A stretch of DNA of 64,000 nucleotides, from the NCBI GenBank assembly GCA_045863295.1, contig BTWA01000027.1, positions 1 to 64,000 on the forward strand, given 5' to 3'. Position numbers and translations under genes: made by a program. Positions 29,370-38,728 of the stretch are shown piece after piece. Positions within the stretch are counted from its first letter, which is position 1; every line of letters begins with the position of its first letter. The stretch is from Candidatus Hydrogenedentota bacterium. GTDB lineage: Bacteria; Hydrogenedentota; Hydrogenedentia; Hydrogenedentales; SLHB01. The notes under the pieces were generated by a model. It did not search any database and was not told the DNA's origin. It saw only the letters and a program-made list of their open reading frames with translations.

Positions 29370-31973
29370 ATGAGCATCGAACAAGGCGGATCGCCTTTAG
29401 CAGGGAATTCTTACGGTGTTCCGCTCGGCGGCGTGGGTGCAGGCTGTATTGAAATGGGCCGGGATGCCCGCTTTCGCAATATCACCATTAACAACAATCG
29501 CACATCCGCCACACGCATCCCCATTTCTGAGGGCGCGTTTCTGGCGGTTCGGGCGGCGCGTCGCGGCCGGGTCGTGACCCGTATACTTCAATCGGCAACG
29601 GGACTCCCGTTTGCTGAAGCGGGAATTTCGCCATCGTACGTTCCGCCGGAGCAATTGAACTGGCGCGGACTCTATCCTGCCTCCAACTATCGCATGGACG
29701 ATCCGCAATTCCCGCTCGAAGTCAGTTGGACTGCCATGTCGCCCATTATTCCTTATGACCACGAAGCTTCCACGTTGCCACTGGTATATATCACCGTGTA
29801 CGTCAAGAATTTGACTGAACATCACGTGGATGTGTCGACAGTAATGAATTGGGAGAATTTGTGCGGTTGTACTGCAGGGCATTTTCCGGAAAAGCGCGGC
29901 CCTATTCGCCCCGTACTATTGAGCGAAAAGGCGGATAAGAAAACGCTAAGTGTTGAAGAAGATGATGAGGCGGGCAACGATCAGTCCAGTCCGCGGAAGC
30001 TTTCCGGACTCGATTTTGGTTTTCGTAGCGAGTATCGCACGAACGCCGAGGGTAACTTTTGTCTGGTGGCAAAACAGCAGCAGGACGTTGACATCAGCAT
30101 CCTGAGTTGGAACGAACGAAATTCCAGAGAGCTCGATGTATTCTGGGAACAATTCTACTACCAAGGGAAGTTGTCCAACCAGCGATCCCGGAGTGAAGTG
30201 AGCCACAGCGGCAGTGTGTGTTGCAACGGATCCATTCCACCCGGAAAAGGCCGCAGTTTCCTGTACGTACTCGCGTGGTACACGCCGCGATTCGTGGTGG
30301 ATGGGGTGGATGTGGGGAATGGCTATACGAATCGTTTTCCCCACGCGGTGGCCATCGCGGATTTTGGACTAACCTATTACCGATACTATTTTCAGTCGGT
30401 TGAAGATTGGCAAAACCGCATCCTGACTTCGTCGCTCCCGCGCTGGTTCAACAAGATGCTGATCAATAGCGCGTCGCCGTTGTCTACAAATACGTACTTT
30501 ACCAAAGAAAACAACTTTCTGATGATGGAGACACCAGAAGATCCGCGTGTTGCGGTCGTGGATCGAAGGCTTCCGGCGTCGTTGGGTTCGGTTCTCTTTT
30601 TTCCCCAATTCGAGGAATCGGAACTGGCACTAATTGCTAAAGCGAAGGATCCAAAAGATCCAGGCCGGATCTTTCGCACTCTGGGCCGGGGCCACCATCA
30701 AAGGCCGGAACACGCCTCGTGTGATGGGGCAATCGAATCCAACCTGAACTTTGTACTGGCCGCGTGCCGCAATTATGCAATGACGGGCCGTCGGTTTATC
30801 CTTGATCACATCCTGCCGAGAATGGCGGAAGCGATGGCGTACGTTGTTCAGATGGATCACAATAAGGACGGTTTACCCGACGCCGAGGGATTGGCGACGA
30901 CTTATGAAGATTGGCCAGTATCCGGCGCCAATTGCTATACAAGCGGCCTGTGGATTGCCGCATTGCGCTCATACTCGCAGCTCTGCAAAAAGGTGGGCCA
31001 GAAAGAGGAAGCGGACAAGTATTCGGAGATCCTAACCAAGGCCATTGATTCATACGAACGAACGTTTTGGAATGACGCGGACGGATATTACAAATATCTT
31101 GGCGATTCATTGGATTCGCCAGACTTGGCATCGGCATGTCATGCGGCGCAACTGGCCGGTCAATGGTATTCGGATTTTCTGTGCACAGGCTGCTTATTTG
31201 ATCCCGGACATGTTGAGCGAGCGCTTGGTGCAATCTGCAAGGTGAATGAGAATCGCAACGGGGTTGCCTCGCTTGCCCATCCGGTACCTGACTCGGCGCA
31301 AGCAATCGGTACCGGTTTTGGGATGAACAGTTGGCCCAACTACGACGCCGTGATCTTAAGCGCCTTGCTCATTCGGCACGGATATGTCGACCGCGGTCTT
31401 TATGTAATCCAAAAGATGTACAAGAATGTCCATGGCCGCCGGGGGCGGACATACAGCCAGCCACTGAATTGGGACTTGGCCAAGAACGATGTCACAGGCT
31501 GGGGCGCGGATCGCCATATGGGGGGGACTTCGATCTGGCACGTGGTTTATTCGCTGCTGGGATTCTATCTCAATGTGGCCGATGGTGTTCTGTGGGTGAG
31601 ACCCAAACTTCCCACCGGCGTCAATTCTATCAATGTGCCTCTTTTTACGCCGGTCTGCCTCGGTAGAATGAGGTTTAGTGAAGACGATGAGCACGGCTAT
31701 CGAATGCGTATGACCATTTCATTCGATAGCCCCATTACACTCAAATGCATCGCTGTCGGCGTCCCCATGGAAGTGGAGGATGCGCACGTGATTTGCGAGA
31801 GTAACGAGGGTAAGGAAGAGGTAAAGTCGACATTCGCGGTGGATGGCCGCGACAAAGTGGTCGAGATTCTGCCCAGTAAGCCGCTGCAGGTGGGATTGCA
31901 GCTGAACATATTTATTCAGCAGACCAAGGGAAAGCGATTTCAGTTTCCCAAGAAGTCCACGGCGAACGCATGA
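29370..31973 (+). CDS. GH116 (GBA2-like) family protein with a divergent active site
   Basis: GVPLGGVGAG N-terminal signature, SPIIPYD..STLP, D..KDGLPD, SGLWIAALR, QLAGQWY. Confidence 0.8.
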   Translation: MSIEQGGSPLAGNSYGVPLGGVGAGCIEMGRDARFRNITINNNRTSATRIPISEGAFLAVRAARRGRVVTRILQSATGLPFAEAGISPSYVPPEQLNWRGLYPASNYRMDDPQFPLEVSWTAMSPIIPYDHEASTLPLVYITVYVKNLTEHHVDVSTVMNWENLCGCTAGHFPEKRGPIRPVLLSEKADKKTLSVEEDDEAGNDQSSPRKLSGLDFGFRSEYRTNAEGNFCLVAKQQQDVDISILSWNERNSRELDVFWEQFYYQGKLSNQRSRSEVSHSGSVCCNGSIPPGKGRSFLYVLAWYTPRFVVDGVDVGNGYTNRFPHAVAIADFGLTYYRYYFQSVEDWQNRILTSSLPRWFNKMLINSASPLSTNTYFTKENNFLMMETPEDPRVAVVDRRLPASLGSVLFFPQFEESELALIAKAKDPKDPGRIFRTLGRGHHQRPEHASCDGAIESNLNFVLAACRNYAMTGRRFILDHILPRMAEAMAYVVQMDHNKDGLPDAEGLATTYEDWPVSGANCYTSGLWIAALRSYSQLCKKVGQKEEADKYSEILTKAIDSYERTFWNDADGYYKYLGDSLDSPDLASACHAAQLAGQWYSDFLCTGCLFDPGHVERALGAICKVNENRNGVASLAHPVPDSAQAIGTGFGMNSWPNYDAVILSALLIRHGYVDRGLYVIQKMYKNVHGRRGRTYSQPLNWDLAKNDVTGWGADRHMGGTSIWHVVYSLLGFYLNVADGVLWVRPKLPTGVNSINVPLFTPVCLGRMRFSEDDEHGYRMRMTISFDSPITLKCIAVGVPMEVEDAHVICESNEGKEEVKSTFAVDGRDKVVEILPSKPLQVGLQLNIFIQQTKGKRFQFPKKSTANA

Positions 31974-32566
31974 AGATCATTGGGTTGACCGGTGGTATCG
32001 GCAGTGGCAAATCCGAGGCCGCCAGACGATTCGACGCTTACGGTATTCCTGTGATCGATGCCGACGCTATTGGGCATGCGCTGCTCCGGCCAGGAAGCCC
32101 CGTGGAATCTGAGTTGCTCCGAATCTTTGGGGTCGATATTATTGTGAACGGGGCTATTGATCGAGGAAAGATTGCGGAAATCGTATTTCGTGATGCCAAT
32201 GTGCGTGCCGACTTAAACCGGTTGGTTCACCCACTGATTGTTTCGGAGGTTGCCCGGCGGTGCACTGAATTGTCGGATCAAGGTAAACCGCGCGCTATTG
32301 TGGAGGCTGCACTGCTTGGTGAGGCAGGCGTTCGGGAACCCTACTTGGATGGTCTTATACTTGTCCTCGCACCCGAGCCGGTTCGCGTAAGCCGTTTAGT
32401 GGAACGGCGGGGGATGACGGCCAAGGATGCCCGGTTGCGCGTGGCCGCGCAGCAGCCGCCTGAAAACAAACTTGCGATAGCCGACTGGGTCATTCACAAT
32501 GACGCAGACTTGCCACATCTTCATCGACAAGTGGATACCATCATTCGCGAATGGGCAAACGTCTAG
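31970..32566 (+). CDS. coaE: Dephospho-CoA kinase
   Basis: IIGLTGGIGSGKS, IDAD, LVHP, ADWVIHN. Confidence 0.95.
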   Translation: MKIIGLTGGIGSGKSEAARRFDAYGIPVIDADAIGHALLRPGSPVESELLRIFGVDIIVNGAIDRGKIAEIVFRDANVRADLNRLVHPLIVSEVARRCTELSDQGKPRAIVEAALLGEAGVREPYLDGLILVLAPEPVRVSRLVERRGMTAKDARLRVAAQQPPENKLAIADWVIHNDADLPHLHRQVDTIIREWANV

Positions 32567-32620
32567 ATCTCATTTTGGGAAAGCGAGGCACGTATTCATC
32601 GCACGATTCTGAAATATACC

Positions 32621-33673
32621 GTGCAAGGCTTGATTGGTCTTGCGGTGGGTTTTCTGCTCATTTGGTTTCTGTTGCGCGGGATATCTTGGGAAGAACTCAA
32701 GTCATCGGTCACAGGGGTCAGCGTGGGATGGCTTTTGCTCGCGCAGATTCCTATTTGGCTCAGCTTCTTCACGCGTATTTTGCGCTGGAGCTATATTGTC
32801 AGGGCGGTACATCCGGCGTCATTTCGAAGCATGTTCAGCGCGACTCAATTGGCATTTCTCGCGAATTTCACCATTGCCATGCGAATAGGGGAGTTCGTGC
32901 GGGCACTTGTGCTGAGCCGCCTGGCGGGAATTAGTTTCTCCAAGAGTCTTGCTCTGGGCGCGCTGGATCGCGTAACGGACCTGATTGGTTTAATGGCCGT
33001 CATGCTGGTCACTGTTGCGGCGTTCCGGCCGACGGACGATATTATCCTTCCGGAAGGGCTTTTCGGATTCGAGAAACTCCCGCCGATTCGTGCCGGACTC
33101 ATACAATCCACTGGGGCCGCCGTAGCAGTTGGTCTGGTGGGATTGTTGTTCGTGCTTGTCATGCTCTATGTGAATCAGAAACTCGTCATTCGAGTTACGC
33201 GCGCCGTTGTGGGAAGAGTCTCCAGCAGGATTGCGGACTGGGTATGCCATCTTTTCGAGCAATTTGCCCAAGGGCTCCATGTCTTCCGTTCCGTGGGAGA
33301 TATGGCCAAGTCTACTGCGTATTCGTTAGTCACGTGGTCGTTCTTTATGTTGGCGCTCTATTTCACACTCAACGCGTTTCACATTTCCTATCCTTGGTAC
33401 GGACCATTCGTAATTCAATCCCTGTTGGCTTTGGCGGTAAGCGCGCCCATCGCCCCAGGGATGTTGGGCCAATTTCACCTTCCTCTCGTTGCCGGCATCA
33501 TCATCGTTTCGCCTGATACCCCCATTACGGACGCAACCGCGCTCGCAATTGTGACGCATCTCACCAACCTCTTTCCGGTAATCATTCTCGGAATACTCTC
33601 GATCATGATGGAAGGGGTAGGGATTTTGAAGTTTCGTAGTTCGACCGACACCTCCAACGAAGAGGCCCGCTAG
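32621..33673 (+). CDS. Lysylphosphatidylglycerol-synthase TM domain / flippase-like protein (UPF0104); start uncertain
   Basis: RILRW, RIGEFVRA, DRVTD, APGMLGQFH. Multi-TM. Confidence 0.82.
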   Translation: MQGLIGLAVGFLLIWFLLRGISWEELKSSVTGVSVGWLLLAQIPIWLSFFTRILRWSYIVRAVHPASFRSMFSATQLAFLANFTIAMRIGEFVRALVLSRLAGISFSKSLALGALDRVTDLIGLMAVMLVTVAAFRPTDDIILPEGLFGFEKLPPIRAGLIQSTGAAVAVGLVGLLFVLVMLYVNQKLVIRVTRAVVGRVSSRIADWVCHLFEQFAQGLHVFRSVGDMAKSTAYSLVTWSFFMLALYFTLNAFHISYPWYGPFVIQSLLALAVSAPIAPGMLGQFHLPLVAGIIIVSPDTPITDATALAIVTHLTNLFPVIILGILSIMMEGVGILKFRSSTDTSNEEAR

Positions 33674-33678
33674 TCCCA

Positions 33679-34476
33679 TTACTGCGACAGAAACCGGGCT
33701 GCGATTTGTTTTGATTCTTCGTCACGTCGAATGCCCAGCCGTGTGAGGGCGAAATCGTAGCGGACCGGGTCCTCCGGCGCGAGGGTTCGAAATACCTGCG
33801 TGATTTCCAAGGCTGTTTTTCCATCAGCGGATTTTCTGTGGGTTATATTCAGTGCACGCGCAATCCGATGCATGTGTGTATCCACCGGGACGAGAAGCAG
33901 GGAGGGAGAGACGCTTTGCCAGACGCCGGGATCGACCGCGTCATGTCGAATCATCCAACGGAAGTACATGTGCAACCGTTTGCAGGCGCTACCTTGTGCA
34001 GGATCGGGTAAGAGATAGTTCTTCTTACGCCGGTCACAGGATCGCAATCGTGTGGCAAACCGTTCAGCCGCATTGAGCAAGTCGGTATCCGATGGCCGCA
34101 GTTGATCGGCGAAGCATGCGCCAAGGGACCCGTATTGGACCAGAGCGCCGCGCATGCCCAATAGCAATGGCACCAGGTCGTCGCAATTTGTGTATCTGTG
34201 TTGAAACTCGCGCAGCAGACGGTGCATGGCATTCGGCGGTTCCAACATCACAAAGTCGCGAGGTGAACCGATTTTTTGGAACAATCCCTCCAGGGTGCGT
34301 AGAATCTGTCCCACATTGCCGAAGGCCAGCGAAGACGCCATTAGCCCGGCCACCTCTCGATCTTCAGGTGATGTGAACCAGTAGACCGCTTCCAGTGGAT
34401 CCGGGTGGATATAGCGTGAGTCATTGTATTGCCAGTACAGCGATTCCAGGCGTTCTCTAAGGTGCTCGAAGGACAT
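33679..34476 (-). CDS. TIGR02757 / DUF2400 family protein
   Basis: IHPDPL, DREVAG...LAFG, SACKRLHMYFRWMIR, PVDTH, PEDPVRYDFAL. Confidence 0.88.
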   Translation of the reverse strand: MSFEHLRERLESLYWQYNDSRYIHPDPLEAVYWFTSPEDREVAGLMASSLAFGNVGQILRTLEGLFQKIGSPRDFVMLEPPNAMHRLLREFQHRYTNCDDLVPLLLGMRGALVQYGSLGACFADQLRPSDTDLLNAAERFATRLRSCDRRKKNYLLPDPAQGSACKRLHMYFRWMIRHDAVDPGVWQSVSPSLLLVPVDTHMHRIARALNITHRKSADGKTALEITQVFRTLAPEDPVRYDFALTRLGIRRDEESKQIAARFLSQ

Positions 34477-34543
34477 ATGCAACATTCTACAGTCTCGGCA
34501 GGGCACAATACCTCTGCCGCAATCGTGAAATGCTGAGGGTGCT

Positions 34544-35398
34544 ATGAACGCCACAGGGAGATCGATACTAGTTACCGGCGCTTCAACCGGCATAGGAGCT
34601 GCCTGTGCACTGCGATTCGACGGACAAGGGTATCGCGTTTTTGCCGGAGTCCGAAACGAGGCGGACGCGGATTCGCTACGATCCCGGGCGTCTAACCGGC
34701 TTGTGCCGGTACTTTTGGATGTGACGGACTTGGAATCGGTAGCGTTCGCGGCAACTCAGATCGACGAATGCTTGGATGGTGGCGGATTGTTTGGCCTGGT
34801 CAATAATGCGGGAATCACGGTAAATGCACCCATGGAATTTGTGCCTATCGACATTCTACGCAGGCAAATTGAGGTGAATTTTATCGGTCAGGTGGCCGTG
34901 ACTCAGGCGATTTTGCCCATGCTTCGCCGAGTGCGAGGGCGTATCGTAAACATGGGATCGATCGCGGGCCGTGTATCCCTCATATTTGGAGGTCCCTACA
35001 GCGCCTCCAAATTTGCGCTCGAGGCGTTCACTGATGCCTTGAGGATGGAACTTTCACCCTGGGGTATGCACGTTGCCATTGTGGAGCCCGGCCCAATTGC
35101 CACACGCATATGGGATAAGGGAATGCGACAGGCCGAGACGCTCATCGATTCCATGCCGCCACAGGCTCGCGAGTTCTATGGTCACCTTATTCCGAAGATG
35201 ATGGCAACGGTGAAGAAGACGGCCGAATCGGCCGTTGCCCCAGAGGTTGTCGTCGCCAAGGTCGAACACGCGCTTACCAGTAAGCGGCCGCGCACTCGGT
35301 ACCTCGTCGGCCCCAACACTGGAATGCACTTGATGCTAAGCCGGCTTCCGGATCGCTGGAAAGACATTGTTGTTCACATGTATTTAAACCGCCAGTAG
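34544..35398 (+). CDS. Short-chain dehydrogenase/reductase
   Basis: TGASTGIG, NNAG, YSASK. Confidence 0.93.
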   Translation: MNATGRSILVTGASTGIGAACALRFDGQGYRVFAGVRNEADADSLRSRASNRLVPVLLDVTDLESVAFAATQIDECLDGGGLFGLVNNAGITVNAPMEFVPIDILRRQIEVNFIGQVAVTQAILPMLRRVRGRIVNMGSIAGRVSLIFGGPYSASKFALEAFTDALRMELSPWGMHVAIVEPGPIATRIWDKGMRQAETLIDSMPPQAREFYGHLIPKMMATVKKTAESAVAPEVVVAKVEHALTSKRPRTRYLVGPNTGMHLMLSRLPDRWKDIVVHMYLNRQ

Positions 35399-35444
35399 GT
35401 GCGTTTGCCGCTTGAGGTCCTTTGCCAGCGATTCATTGGGTCGT

Positions 35445-37667
35445 TCATTTCCCGATGGAAGGGCGAGCCGGCCCCGCATAGGGTTCGGCCCCCAAGTGCA
35501 GATTACGAGACTCCACGTGTACCAAAGCGGGATCAGTTTCGCGCGGCGCCTTGATGAATCCGTGGTAACGCCCCATCCAATAGGCGTCCAAAAATCCGGA
35601 CGGATCGACCACCTCCTGGCCGGAACCGCCGTCGGGTTGCACTGTACCGTCCGTCCAACGCATGCCCCCTCGTTCTCGCGGAGAGAACGCCCGCACACCT
35701 CCCGCATACGCAATATAGTCCTCAATGGGGTGGATGTCCGCGCGATGGGAATTGTGGAATGGATGCGCCACCATGTCCAATGGCCATTCCCGCATATGCC
35801 GCACCGCCTGCAACGATTCACAGTCGTTGCCTGTTATGGCTCCGTAGATAAAATTGAACCAGGGATTGGATTCGATTCGCTCGATTTCCCAACTGCGCTC
35901 CAAGCTCCTGCGGTATATCGATCGAAGAACAGGGTCGGTTTCGTATTTCAGCATCGTGTAGTACAAATAAAATGCCATGCGATCGTCAGAGTGATTCACG
36001 AATCCCGGATGAAAGATCAGCTTCAGCCGTAACACATCCGGTAAATAGCCCCGTGTCTGATACTGCTTGTAGGCATCCTCGAACTTGGGATCGCCTGTTA
36101 ATGTCGCTGCCGTGCGAAGGTAGGTCAACGCTTCGAACCCGTTTAGCCCACGCGCATAGAATCCGAGTGGCGTGTCGAGGTATGCCGGGTCCCATCGCCC
36201 CCAACGCGTAGGCAGGCCATCCACGTCTCGCAGTACAAAACCGTTGTCAACAAGATGGCTGACAATCCTGTGGATATGCTCTTTTGCATGCGTCTTGTAG
36301 TTTTCATCGGCCACCAGATCGTGAAAGATAGCCGCCGCATAGATGTGAGCGTCGGTTTCGTCGCTGGATGTATCTCCCTTCCATTCAAACTGTCCATCTT
36401 CGGAAAGGTGCCATTCTGCAGGCAATCCACCCGATCCATGCATTGCTTTGTGGCCCTTTTCGCCTACCGCCCAAATGGATCGTGCGGGAAATCCGTCTAT
36501 GGACGTAATTTCCTCGCTCCACTTCATCGCCTCGAATGCATCAATTGCCTTGGCCTTGGCGTCTTTGTCTCCTGTTACCGCATACTTAAAACACATGGCC
36601 GCCAAATAGTGCGTACTCCAACCGACGTCGTTGTCGCTGATCTCGCGCATCCACTGATTCGATTCCCGGTCCCATTCGAGCTTGTGCGTGAACCCGAGGC
36701 GGTATTGTCCCCATTCGGTCAGGTGCCGTTCGTAGAACAGTGCCTTCTTTTGCAGCGTATAAGGCACGTAGTCGATGATACCGAGGCCGCCATCGGTCGC
36801 GATGTAAACGGATTGGCCCATCGAGGCCACCGCATTTACCGAATTTCCGGGCAGCCAGCGTGGACCGGCGAAGTAGTGATATTCACCGTTGGTGATGCGC
36901 ACGGCTCCCCAATGAGTGCCAACCCAGGTGTCGCCGTCGAACCCAGGTGCAAGACATCGGGTGTCTTCGTAAGGAAGACCATCCTCGCCTCGGATTGAGG
37001 AAATCGCCATGCCGCGCAGTACGCCCAAGCCTTGATCGGTTGCAAAGAAGAGTTTGCTTCCTCGGACAAGAATGTCCCGGATCTGCGTACCGGGAAGACG
37101 TTCGCCCCAATCAGCTACGTTCGAAAAATCGTAATTGGCGCCGGTCCAAATCCCGATGCGATCGCCGAAGGTGCAGTAGATGGATTCCGCATAAGATTCC
37201 ACGTGATCCGCGCCGCCCCGGGAGTCCGTGATCGGGACTGGAGTTTCAGCATCTACCCGCACAAGGCCGGTCGAAGTTGCCGCAATTATTTGACCGAGGT
37301 GATCGCACAGGTCGGTCACCCCACCCTCCAATACCAGTTGCCACTTTATTCCGTCGTAGCGCTGCAAGCCAACATTGGACAGTACCCAAAGCGCATCTCC
37401 AAGTGCTTTTATTCCGGTAATGGGCCCCTGTGCGCCGGAGAGCTCTTCCAAGGTTTCGCCGTTGACTACGTATATCGTCTTGGCATCTGAGGCATATACA
37501 CGATTGCCAAAGACAGCTACACCGGTAAGCGGTACCTCGGTCTTAACCTGTCGCCCGGTCTCCTGCAGATACACGTCGTCGTCAATCGGTGACCACAATG
37601 GGGCGGCACTGGCAAATTCGCTGGAAATGCAGACAGCCATCATCGCGAGCGGCAAAGGGAATTTCAT
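35445..37667 (-). CDS. Secreted hypothetical protein: N-terminal beta-propeller repeats and a C-terminal helical domain (WKGDTSSDE)
   Basis: Signal peptide from MKFPLP. ATDxGL / WVGT propeller blades. Long intact ORF. Confidence 0.65.
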   Translation of the reverse strand: MKFPLPLAMMAVCISSEFASAAPLWSPIDDDVYLQETGRQVKTEVPLTGVAVFGNRVYASDAKTIYVVNGETLEELSGAQGPITGIKALGDALWVLSNVGLQRYDGIKWQLVLEGGVTDLCDHLGQIIAATSTGLVRVDAETPVPITDSRGGADHVESYAESIYCTFGDRIGIWTGANYDFSNVADWGERLPGTQIRDILVRGSKLFFATDQGLGVLRGMAISSIRGEDGLPYEDTRCLAPGFDGDTWVGTHWGAVRITNGEYHYFAGPRWLPGNSVNAVASMGQSVYIATDGGLGIIDYVPYTLQKKALFYERHLTEWGQYRLGFTHKLEWDRESNQWMREISDNDVGWSTHYLAAMCFKYAVTGDKDAKAKAIDAFEAMKWSEEITSIDGFPARSIWAVGEKGHKAMHGSGGLPAEWHLSEDGQFEWKGDTSSDETDAHIYAAAIFHDLVADENYKTHAKEHIHRIVSHLVDNGFVLRDVDGLPTRWGRWDPAYLDTPLGFYARGLNGFEALTYLRTAATLTGDPKFEDAYKQYQTRGYLPDVLRLKLIFHPGFVNHSDDRMAFYLYYTMLKYETDPVLRSIYRRSLERSWEIERIESNPWFNFIYGAITGNDCESLQAVRHMREWPLDMVAHPFHNSHRADIHPIEDYIAYAGGVRAFSPRERGGMRWTDGTVQPDGGSGQEVVDPSGFLDAYWMGRYHGFIKAPRETDPALVHVESRNLHLGAEPYAGPARPSIGK

Positions 37668-37842
37668 GTTGGCTTTGGTCTCCAAACGTGTGTGTTCAAG
37701 GCAAGACCGGGGACCGGTACGCTCAATCGCCCGGTGCGGAATACTGCCAGCAGCGAGGCGTGGAAGTCCATTACGAGGTTGATTGCCAATAGCAGAATTC
37801 TGTAGCATCGCCGCAGTGCGTGGAAAGGCAGTGTGAAGTCCA

Positions 37843-38721
37843 ATGCAGGTCACCTCCGGATACATTGGCTCGTTTTCAAAGCCGTTAATTCAGAATGTTT
37901 CATGGCGGCATGCCATGAATTTCGCGGCGGCCGTGGGTGACCTTAATCCCGTCTACTTTAATGATGAAGCAGAAGCCGGGATCGTCGCCCCGCCACTCAT
38001 CGCGGTTTCGCTTACCTGGCCGTTTGGCATTGATGCCGATCAGTATTGGGATGCGGAACGTTTTCCGTTGCATTTGCTCATCCACCAGGTGCACTACACT
38101 GAAACGTTAGAGTTCTACCGGCTCATGCGCCCCGGAGACCAGCTGACCTTGACAGCGCAGGTCATTGCCATGAAGCCTCACCGTGCGGGCACCCACGTGT
38201 ACATCACCACAACCGCGGTGGACGAGCACGGATTGATGGTTTTCAAGGAAACGGCCGGCACGCTCCTGAGAAATGTAACGTGTCTTGACAGCGGAGGAGG
38301 GGAGGAGAACGTTCCGTTGGTGCCCAAGTTATCGGGCAAAAGCGACCCGGTATGGGAGGGTACGTTCCTTGTCAGCCCCGTTGCAGCGCACATCTACGAT
38401 GGCGCGGCGGATATCCACAATCCTATTCACACGTCCGTCAAATTCGCCAAGGCCGTAGGGCTGCCCGGTACGATTGTCCATGGGACGTATACTTTGGCCG
38501 TTGCCGCAAGGGAAGTCGTTAATCGAATGGCCGATGGTGACCCCGGCCGCCTCAAGTCGCTCAGTTGCCGGTTTACGGGCATGGTGCTGCCCGGCACCGA
38601 AATTGTCGTTCGTATTCGCGGAACCGAACCGGCGGATACCGGAGACAACGTCTATTTCGAAGTAATCAACGCAGAAGGACGAAAGGCCATTAGCTACGGC
38701 CATGCATTCATCGCGCATTGA
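37843..38721 (+). CDS. MaoC-family double hot-dog acyl-CoA dehydratase
   Basis: AAAVGDLNPVY, DIHNPIH...A..VGLPGTIVHG, RFTGMVLPG. Confidence 0.88.
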   Translation: MQVTSGYIGSFSKPLIQNVSWRHAMNFAAAVGDLNPVYFNDEAEAGIVAPPLIAVSLTWPFGIDADQYWDAERFPLHLLIHQVHYTETLEFYRLMRPGDQLTLTAQVIAMKPHRAGTHVYITTTAVDEHGLMVFKETAGTLLRNVTCLDSGGGEENVPLVPKLSGKSDPVWEGTFLVSPVAAHIYDGAADIHNPIHTSVKFAKAVGLPGTIVHGTYTLAVAAREVVNRMADGDPGRLKSLSCRFTGMVLPGTEIVVRIRGTEPADTGDNVYFEVINAEGRKAISYGHAFIAH

Positions 38722-38728
38722 GCGCGAC

